From positions 1 to 33,627 of the IMG/VR virus record IMGVR_UViG_3300037961_001367: a stretch of 33,627 nt of DNA; one strand, given 5' to 3'. Positions within the stretch are counted from its first letter, which is position 1, and every line of letters begins with the position of its first letter. Positions 26,939 through 33,627 of the stretch are shown here, piece after piece. The position numbers and the translations under genes were made by a program. Origin of the DNA: a virus (lineage: Duplodnaviria > Caudoviricetes). Under the pieces are notes generated by a model. The model was not told the origin of the DNA, ran no database searches, and saw only the letters and a list, made by a program, of their open reading frames with translations.

Positions 26939-27178
26939 TTAGCTCCTATATTTTCTGGTTTTCTTTGCGATTGACTTAGGTTGCGCAACAAACTGCTTTC
27001 CTCTTTTATTGCCCTTAGCTTTTGCTCTGTTTGTTGCCGCTTTCTCCGCAGGAGTAAGAGCTTTCCATGCGGCATCTGGCAGGTAACGTCTTTTACCTTT
27101 TGACGGTTTACCTGATGATGTTCTCCATTTTTGTTTACCCCAATTTTTTAAACTCTTTTGTGATTTGGCAAGAGCCAT
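26939..27178 (-). CDS. Basic protein, C-terminal half of a DUF5872-like family
   Basis: SQKSLKNWGKQKWRT, RYLP and GKQFVAQP motifs. Confidence 0.75.
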   Translation of the reverse strand: MALAKSQKSLKNWGKQKWRTSSGKPSKGKRRYLPDAAWKALTPAEKAATNRAKAKGNKRGKQFVAQPKSIAKKTRKYRS

Positions 27179-27345
27179 TATCTATAACCCCCACCTTTAG
27201 CTTTGTATTGTTTTGCAAGCATTTGTGCTTTTCTTGCTGACCATTGTCCTGCTCTACCACCTTTTGAACCTGCTTTAATTTTAGTAAATAACCTTTTTCT
27301 CATAGTTGGTTTGGTATAATTTCCTGCTTTATTTACTGTACTCAT
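27178..27345 (-). CDS. 55-aa basic protein, N-terminal half of a DUF5872-like family
   Basis: Not in the track. MSTVNKAGNYTKPTMRKRLFTKIKAGSKGGRAGQWSARKAQMLAKQYKAKGGGYR; coupled at both ends. Confidence 0.8.
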   Translation of the reverse strand: MSTVNKAGNYTKPTMRKRLFTKIKAGSKGGRAGQWSARKAQMLAKQYKAKGGGYR

Positions 27346-27614
27346 TTACCATTTCCATTTTTTATAAATACATTACTTGCTATAAATGCACCTATTATAC
27401 CCATATTACTTAGTACCCAAGTATTACCTATAGATGACAAGTGGTCAAGTCTTTCAAGACTAACTAAATCAGACATTAACACACCAATATAAACTGTTAC
27501 AGATATAGCAGAGAACCATACCATGTATCTTTGTTGGTCTTCTTTGGCATTATTATTTTCAAGCCTAAGTTTTTTTTCTTCTATTTCTAGTTCTTCTAAT
27601 TCTTCTTGTGTCAT
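27342..27614 (-). CDS. Two-TM membrane protein, holin candidate
   Basis: Charged N-terminal coil followed by two hydrophobic helices. Confidence 0.6.
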   Translation of the reverse strand: MTQEELEELEIEEKKLRLENNNAKEDQQRYMVWFSAISVTVYIGVLMSDLVSLERLDHLSSIGNTWVLSNMGIIGAFIASNVFIKNGNGK

Positions 27615-27616
27615 AA

Positions 27617-28102
27617 TTATTTCCTATCTAATAAAACTAAACCATATGTAAAAGCAAAAAGAATAGCAGTACCAATACCTATTGTACCTATACCAACAGC
27701 CCACAATATAATTTTTTCTTTTCTTTCTTGTGCTTCATATACCTCTTTCTGTCTGCGTTTACGAATCTGTCCCTCCATAGCTATAAGTTCATCCCATGCT
27801 TTAGTGCCATGAGTGAACATTATAAAAGTTTTGAGTTCGTCTCGTTGTTGGTCTAATTTTTTTTTAGCGGCGAATGCTTCAATAGCTTCCTGCTCTATTG
27901 ATTGACTATAAAAAACTTTAGTAAGTAATGAAGGATTCTTAGCTCGTCTTTCTATATTAGCTACATCAGATACAGCACCCATCCATTTAGATAGGTCTTG
28001 AGTCATAGACTCTAATTCTCTACCTGCCATGAACGCTTTTTTAATTCCCCCAAATGCGGCAGTTGCCGTTGAGATAGCCGCACTTATAGTAAGAGGATCC
28101 AT
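27617..28102 (-). CDS. Helical protein with a C-terminal membrane anchor
   Basis: MDPLTISAA start, coiled middle region, C-terminal TM helix. Confidence 0.7.
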   Translation of the reverse strand: MDPLTISAAISTATAAFGGIKKAFMAGRELESMTQDLSKWMGAVSDVANIERRAKNPSLLTKVFYSQSIEQEAIEAFAAKKKLDQQRDELKTFIMFTHGTKAWDELIAMEGQIRKRRQKEVYEAQERKEKIILWAVGIGTIGIGTAILFAFTYGLVLLDRK

Positions 28103-28105
28103 GTG

Positions 28106-28285
28106 TTAGTCAGCGTCCTTTATTGTTAGTGTACCTGCTTTGACTTGTTTCATTATCTCGTCATAGTGGCGATTGCCTTCTGATATAGGTACACCCATTT
28201 GCTCACCATCAATCGTAGCTTGAATAGACCCAATCTCATCTTTATCTGGAGTTTTTTTAATATATTGTGCATTTTCTATTTTCAT
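28106..28285 (-). CDS. 59-aa tail-fibre-associated small protein
   Basis: Not in the track. MKIENAQY...VPISEGNRHYDEIMKQVKAGTLTIKDAD; ATGA-coupled to the upstream fibre gene. Confidence 0.75.
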   Translation of the reverse strand: MKIENAQYIKKTPDKDEIGSIQATIDGEQMGVPISEGNRHYDEIMKQVKAGTLTIKDAD

Positions 28286-29367
28286 AACTCAGCATCCCAT
28301 TTTGCTCGTCCATAAATATAATTCCAGATAAATGAATGATTACCTCTAATTGTAGCAGAGTTGTTATAGGCAGTACTTAAAAGCCAACCATCTACGACTG
28401 TTGATCCATGTCTAGTAGTAGCATTTCCAGTATTAACCCCAATCGCAGAAGCAGATAGTGTTGGTGCTTGTCTCATAAACTCTGTAAAAGGAGTGTTATA
28501 ATAATATGCTAAAGCATCTGCTCCTGAATAAGCACTGCCTTTATCAAAATAAATATCTTGGTATTGATAGTACCTTTGACACTTAGTTAGTGTAGTACAA
28601 TATGGTTCATGCTCAAATTCCGTAGCTTGTTCTCCAATTTCATACTGCAAGCCCGTCAGTTGAAATGTTGCGTTGTCAGTAGTAACAACTCCATCTTGTG
28701 CATGACCGTATGCCCAACTGCCGTTAACATGAGATATCCAATTATTTTGATTAGAACTACCTCCGTCATACGTTGAACCAGAAGCAAGTTGCCAGATAAA
28801 ACGTAACCCTTCACCATTGTCGTTGTTTATTGTGCCTGATGTGTTGGGAGGTATTGTCCAAGTGACATATTGCCATGTGTTTGCAGAAGCAATAGTATAA
28901 GTATTTGTAACCGTTTGATTTGCGTCAGCCGCATACAAAGTTATTCCAAAAGTTCCTGTGACTGATGATTTAACCCAAAATGAAAGAGTAGTATATTTTG
29001 CATCAGAAGTTCCATATTCCAAAGACTGTAGATTTTGAGCTTCTATATTATGCCTAATAGAATATAATTCGTTTGAATCAATAGAAGTTTCTGGTGTAGT
29101 TGTTGTCCATTTAATACTCCTTGTTAAGCCAGTGTTATCAGGAGCATCCGCAACAGTCGTAAACGTTCCAGCCAACTGATCCATATTAGAAAGCAAAACA
29201 TGAAAACGGTCTGGAGCAAAACCTTCATTAGTTGAACCAGCAGAAATACTTAGATCGTTACGTTGTTGAACTTGTGCCGCACCATTTATAATAAAATTTT
29301 TATTAGCTAACGAGCTACCATTGTTTACGTTGCTTATGAGGTCAGCTAATTCTCTGGCTTTGGTCAT
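28282..29367 (-). CDS. Tail fibre / carbohydrate-binding-domain protein
   Basis: KNFIING...QR, DRF, TLSFWVKS and GLQYEIG...ATEFEH...CQRYY motifs. Confidence 0.75.
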   Translation of the reverse strand: MTKARELADLISNVNNGSSLANKNFIINGAAQVQQRNDLSISAGSTNEGFAPDRFHVLLSNMDQLAGTFTTVADAPDNTGLTRSIKWTTTTPETSIDSNELYSIRHNIEAQNLQSLEYGTSDAKYTTLSFWVKSSVTGTFGITLYAADANQTVTNTYTIASANTWQYVTWTIPPNTSGTINNDNGEGLRFIWQLASGSTYDGGSSNQNNWISHVNGSWAYGHAQDGVVTTDNATFQLTGLQYEIGEQATEFEHEPYCTTLTKCQRYYQYQDIYFDKGSAYSGADALAYYYNTPFTEFMRQAPTLSASAIGVNTGNATTRHGSTVVDGWLLSTAYNNSATIRGNHSFIWNYIYGRAKWDAEL

Positions 29368-29376
29368 ACTATTCTC

Positions 29377-30843
29377 CTAATCCGTCCAAGGGGTAAACTG
29401 TTGTAGACCATACTGCACTGGAACTAACACAGTTTCACTTCCACTAAATGTTATATCCTTCTGAGCTATACCTATAATCATACAAAGCTTGTCTGCCTTC
29501 TGACCTATCCCTGCCGTAGCTGACGCACATATACCATCACCTACTTTAATGTTGCCGCCAGAACCATTACAAAGAATATGTCCGTCACCTAAAACTTCTG
29601 CTTGATGTAAATTATTTGCATAAGTTCCAGACTGCGGAAGCATATCAACATTCGTTACTTTTCCAGAGTATGTACCTAATAACTTTCTTGAATACTTAGT
29701 AGAAGATTTTTGAACAACATATCTTATGCCTCTTTCTAATGATGCTCCTGCATTATTAGTTTTATAATAAACTAGAGTTGTTTCTAAAAGAGTGCCGTAT
29801 GGATAACCATTAGCATTGTCTGCATCTGGTAAAGAAACTTCGTGTCCTGCTGTAAAAGCATTATAAGAAACAGTACCACCAGAGAATGTTATACTTCCTT
29901 GCCCTGAACCATCACCATCATCAATAGCCAAAACTACATTTGTACCAGATGCGTCATCTTTACCAATTTTAACTCTTATTCCAGACCTATTAGTATTGTC
30001 ACCATCATTAAAAACATTCAAAGCATAGCTTGCTACATTCCCATATATTGTTTGTTTGCCATCTGGTTCTACATAAAATACAGTATTGCCGTTTAAATAC
30101 ATTGCCGCTTCAGTATCCTCATCAATCAACAATTGATTATCGTTATCAATACCAAACCTAGCATTTCCAGAGCCATCATTATGTATTACATGAGTACCAG
30201 TAAGTTTTAACTGCTCCACATAACTACCATTCTTTATTTGTTGAATAGTAATTTCACCATCCTCTGTTCCATCACTAGCATCACTTATTTTAGAAAAAAT
30301 TGTAGAATAATTTATATCTTCATTAGCATCATTTAAACCACGAAAGTCTATTCTACCTACACCATCTCCGTCAGCCGCACTACTAGTAGACTTTCTATGT
30401 AAAACTAAATCTGGTGCAGAACTAGAGCTAGTATTCGTGTTTTCAATTATTACTTGGTCTGTTGTGCTATCACCAGTAATGTGTAATGTTCCTGCCGTTG
30501 GACTAGCAGTACCTATGCCCACCCTGTTGTTAGAACTATCAACCTTAAACGTAGGGCTATCTACGCTAAAGTCACCAGTGAAAACTCCACTATTAGTTTC
30601 AAATGTTGAGAAGCTCACAACCTCTAATATGTCTCCAGTACTAGCACCACTTGCCAAAACAACATCAGAACCATTGGTAGCTGTAAAGTCTGCTGAAGCT
30701 AATTTAATTCCATTAAGATATATGTCTAACATACCTACAGTATAACCAGAAGTCGCAAAGGAAGTCTGCCCAGAAGTAGCAGTAAATGTATCTCTTGTCT
30801 GTGTTGCTTGTGGGGTGGGTATGTTCCCTAGATATCCTGCCAT
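29377..30843 (-). CDS. Tail fibre/spike protein with a possible C-terminal chaperone-like domain
   Basis: ATSGQTSF...YLNGIKL, NNRVGIGTASP, FTAGH and GNIKVGDGICAS motifs. Confidence 0.75.
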   Translation of the reverse strand: MAGYLGNIPTPQATQTRDTFTATSGQTSFATSGYTVGMLDIYLNGIKLASADFTATNGSDVVLASGASTGDILEVVSFSTFETNSGVFTGDFSVDSPTFKVDSSNNRVGIGTASPTAGTLHITGDSTTDQVIIENTNTSSSSAPDLVLHRKSTSSAADGDGVGRIDFRGLNDANEDINYSTIFSKISDASDGTEDGEITIQQIKNGSYVEQLKLTGTHVIHNDGSGNARFGIDNDNQLLIDEDTEAAMYLNGNTVFYVEPDGKQTIYGNVASYALNVFNDGDNTNRSGIRVKIGKDDASGTNVVLAIDDGDGSGQGSITFSGGTVSYNAFTAGHEVSLPDADNANGYPYGTLLETTLVYYKTNNAGASLERGIRYVVQKSSTKYSRKLLGTYSGKVTNVDMLPQSGTYANNLHQAEVLGDGHILCNGSGGNIKVGDGICASATAGIGQKADKLCMIIGIAQKDITFSGSETVLVPVQYGLQQFTPWTD

Positions 30844-31121
30844 TACTTTATCTCACCTGCTTTATCTCTTGCGGCTCTATCTTTATAATCACTTCTAGCA
30901 GTAACTAATTTTACAAAGTCTGCTTGATTACTTGGGATTGGGTCTGTGAAACTATCATCATTCATAAGTTTCGTTGTCCACTCAGACTGCATCCTTTTCC
31001 AACAGTTATTTACCTTGCCTGTCATTGCCGCCTGTAACCACGCATCTAGGTCTAGCAAATCATTCTTCAGAATTGTTTGTTCTGTGTCTGTAAGTTCTAC
31101 AGTTAATGTTAGTTTTGCCAT
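30843..31121 (-). CDS. Small protein associated with the C1q fibre gene
   Basis: 92 aa, AAGGAG RBS, TAATG-coupled. Confidence 0.7.
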   Translation of the reverse strand: MAKLTLTVELTDTEQTILKNDLLDLDAWLQAAMTGKVNNCWKRMQSEWTTKLMNDDSFTDPIPSNQADFVKLVTARSDYKDRAARDKAGEIK

Positions 31122-31131
31122 TTCTTTCTCC

Positions 31132-31941
31132 TTAACATACTAAATAGCCAGAAAAATTTGTCCATGTTGCGCTACCTTCTACGTGACTGTGGTTAGGACT
31201 GCCGCCATACTGTTTGATTTGGAGATATGCAGTGTCACTTGCATCCATGTCCGTCAAAAAAGAACTACTCCAAGTCCAAAAAGCAGGGTCTGAACTAAAG
31301 TCGTCTGTTGCTAATAATTTATAATGATCCCTGTTAGAAGTTCTAATATATAACAAATAATATTCAGCACCATTATCAACCAAATCTATTCTTACATGAG
31401 CGTTAAATTGGTATTTTCCTGTTACAGGTGCAGTGAATGTGTTTGATGAAAAATCTGCATTGTTGTCAAAGACCTCCGTGTCAAAGGTAATAGTTGTGTC
31501 AACATTTCTATCAAAGTCTTGACTAGCAGATTTTGCAACTAAAAAAGCAGATTGATTAGGCATAGTCACATGACCATCTGCATCAATCCTCATACGCTCT
31601 GTATCTTCAGTTTCAAAAGTCATAAAGTTATCGCCATTGGTGCGATTGCTAGTTATTGAAACAGAATTAGCATCAGAGTTTGCATCAGTACTATTTATCA
31701 TTCTTATCTTACTACCAGTGCCACTAGCAGTAGCATTGTTTCTAATTTGTAAACTTTCACTAACTGAACCAGAAGCAGTGGTAACAATTTCCGTTGTAGT
31801 ATGTGGAGAAGCAGTACCTATACCAACTCTATTATTACCGCTATCTACTTTTAGTGTAGAAGTATCAACAGTCATATCTCCTGTTACTGTAGCCGCAGTG
31901 GTACTTAGTAGAACAGCTTTTGAACCTATGTAACCTGCCAT
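31132..31941 (-). CDS. Tail fibre protein with a C-terminal C1q-like head
   Basis: NNRVGIGTASP and ERMRID shaft motifs; SAF...ITFDTEVFD...FTAPVTGKYQF...FSGYLV C1q signature. Confidence 0.8.
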   Translation of the reverse strand: MAGYIGSKAVLLSTTAATVTGDMTVDTSTLKVDSGNNRVGIGTASPHTTTEIVTTASGSVSESLQIRNNATASGTGSKIRMINSTDANSDANSVSITSNRTNGDNFMTFETEDTERMRIDADGHVTMPNQSAFLVAKSASQDFDRNVDTTITFDTEVFDNNADFSSNTFTAPVTGKYQFNAHVRIDLVDNGAEYYLLYIRTSNRDHYKLLATDDFSSDPAFWTWSSSFLTDMDASDTAYLQIKQYGGSPNHSHVEGSATWTNFSGYLVC

Positions 31942-32288
31942 TATACATCTTGCTCCATAATTGAAAGAATTACGTCTACTGCTCCTGAACCAACAACCTG
32001 TAAAGTATTTCCTGTTTCCATAACCATCTTACCATCCAGTAAAGAAAGTGTACTACCTGCTGGTATTGGTGCATTAGTTACAATTTCACAAGCCTGATTT
32101 GCTTCGTCATTGTTACCTGCTCTATTAGCAGTAGTAGTATTTAAAGTTACTGTTGTAGTTACCTGACTACCTGTAGTATTTCCAATAACCAATCCAAGTA
32201 TAATTGTAGTTTTGCTACTTGCTACAGTGTAAATTGTATCAGAACTTGTTACCCCTGCTTTAGTAACTACTTTAAAAGTGTTTGCCAT
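31941..32288 (-). CDS. Small beta-rich tail-associated protein
   Basis: MANTFK start and IPAGSTL...KMVMETG motif; AGGAG RBS. Confidence 0.75.
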   Translation of the reverse strand: MANTFKVVTKAGVTSSDTIYTVASSKTTIILGLVIGNTTGSQVTTTVTLNTTTANRAGNNDEANQACEIVTNAPIPAGSTLSLLDGKMVMETGNTLQVVGSGAVDVILSIMEQDV

Positions 32289-32302
32289 ATTATTCTCCTA
32301 TA

Positions 32303-33627
32303 CTAAGCCAAAGCAATACTTAGAGCTATTACTTCATCTGAGGTTGCTATTGTGCCTGTGCTTGCAGGTAAAGTAAGGGTCACATCCCCTGTAGATGCAG
32401 GCCCAATAAGTGTTGCCTTGTTTGTTCCATTGTCGCTATCTTCAAAGAACTCAATAAACCCTGCTGAAGTAGAACCATTCTTAACAGATATACCCGCATT
32501 AATTACTGGCTTACCAGTTACAGTTAAACCTGATAATGTACCTACAGAAGTTATATTTGTTTGAGCCGCAGTTTGTAATGTTCCTGCTAATTGTGTGGCA
32601 GTAAGTTTTCCTGTACTTGGATTGTACGTTAAATTCCCATCCATTTCTAAACCAACATTACCTGTAGTAGAGGTAGCATTTTCTACAAAAGTAATAAGGT
32701 TATCTTCATCTGTGCTTTCATTATCTGTAACCAAAACATGAGATGAATTAGTAGCGTTAGTTACTGTTACTCCTGCAATGACTGTATTTAACGCTGTACC
32801 ATTAACAGTTATAGCATCTGCTTCTAATGTGCCATCCACATCAACATTGCCTGATATATCTAAAGATGCCGCCGCTATCTCACCACTGGCTGTCAATGAA
32901 GTTATATTAGGATTAGCTCCTGACCCTGCAAGAGTAGCCATATCAGCTATTACACTACTTGTGGCAAGAAGGTTTAAGTCCTCCACTATTGCACTTGTAG
33001 CCAAAAGATTAAGGTCTGCAACAATATCAGAAGTAGCAAGGGTATTAAGATCATTTACAATATCTGTAGTTGCTAATGTATTTAAATCAGAAACTATGTC
33101 ATCTGTTGCAAGTTTATTTAAATCACTAACTATATCACTTGTTGCAAGCGTATTAAGATCACTGACTACATCACTTGTGGCCAGGGTGTTTAAGTCTGAA
33201 ATTATATCACTGGTAGCTAAGGTATTAAGATCAGATACAAAGTCACTGGTTATAAGTGACGCTACTCCTGCAACAGAAGAAACATTAGATGCTATACCTG
33301 CTACTGTTGTAACATTTGAACTTATACCTGCAACAGTTGTGACATTAGAACTTATACCTGCTACAGTATTTATGTTTGTTGTAATAGCAGATAATGAATT
33401 TACATTTGCAATTGTTGGCCCTGCTTCAGCCGCACCAGTAGAAGCATTAAAGCCTAAAACAGTTCCTTTTCTTGAAGCTAATGCAGGTAACTCCATAGAC
33501 ACTTCGCTGTCATAATCAAGAAGTCTAACTGATCGTGATGCTAAATCTTCTAAATCAGAAGCAATAGCAGTAATTCTATCTAATTCTGTATTAAGAGTAT
33601 CAACATCAAAAGCACCTGCTGTTGGAA
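32303..33627 (-). CDS. Tail fibre protein, C-terminal part (continuation of 407-1)
   Basis: The frame is open to the window end and joins 1-407 through the terminal overlap. Confidence 0.9.
   Translation of the reverse strand, partial: PTAGAFDVDTLNTELDRITAIASDLEDLASRSVRLLDYDSEVSMELPALASRKGTVLGFNASTGAAEAGPTIANVNSLSAITTNINTVAGISSNVTTVAGISSNVTTVAGIASNVSSVAGVASLITSDFVSDLNTLATSDIISDLNTLATSDVVSDLNTLATSDIVSDLNKLATDDIVSDLNTLATTDIVNDLNTLATSDIVADLNLLATSAIVEDLNLLATSSVIADMATLAGSGANPNITSLTASGEIAAASLDISGNVDVDGTLEADAITVNGTALNTVIAGVTVTNATNSSHVLVTDNESTDEDNLITFVENATSTTGNVGLEMDGNLTYNPSTGKLTATQLAGTLQTAAQTNITSVGTLSGLTVTGKPVINAGISVKNGSTSAGFIEFFEDSDNGTNKATLIGPASTGDVTLTLPASTGTIATSDEVIALSIALA
32920..33375 (-). repeat. 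Coding tandem repeats in the fibre shaft: about 4 x 10 aa and about 9 x 12 aa
   Basis: NVTTVAGISS-type units followed by DIVSDLNTLATS-type units; boundaries approximate. Confidence 0.9.
33528..33627. repeat. Terminal overlap, copy 2
   Basis: Matches 1-100 at 99 of 100 positions. Confidence 0.97.

Noticed and set aside
32920-33375. CRISPR-like array
   Set aside because: The units are degenerate in-frame 30-nt and 36-nt coding repeats without unique spacers, and there are no cas genes.
32778-33515. 245-aa plus-strand ORF and other antisense ORFs in the track
   Set aside because: They are shadows of the real genes' codon bias, with no RBS or protein motifs.
28282-33627. Diversity-generating retroelement, suggested by the BPP-1-like head genes
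   Set aside because: No reverse transcriptase, and no TR/VR pair with adenine-specific mismatches was seen.

Overview
The window is an essentially complete (about 33,527 bp), circularly assembled, AT-rich podovirus genome: bases 1-100 repeat as 33528-33627 with one synonymous SNP. A long minus-strand late arm encodes TerS, TerL, a T7/BPP-1-type portal, scaffold, major capsid protein, a putative cement protein, tail tubular A/B, three internal virion proteins, a T7-gp17-type tail fibre split across the contig ends, a receptor-binding cassette, small basic proteins, holin candidates and an M15 endolysin. A short plus-strand early arm encodes an orphan 266-aa protein, a DUF932 protein, HTH proteins, a Holliday-junction resolvase, a YqaJ exonuclease, a Rad52-like annealase and an SSB. 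I recognise no DNA or RNA polymerase, primase, integrase or ParAB. The architecture resembles marine HTVC010P-like alphaproteobacterial phages (inference from recalled gene content). The most notable unexplained elements are: (1) a GC-rich, three-domain structured RNA of about 450 nt behind a near-consensus sigma70 promoter, upstream of the orphan ORF and a hidden 35-aa membrane peptide; (2) a perfect chromosomal parS site inside the scaffold gene; (3) a hairpin whose loop is complementary to the ATGAAAGGA RBS box shared by three phage genes. All family assignments are from motif recognition by eye, not database searches.
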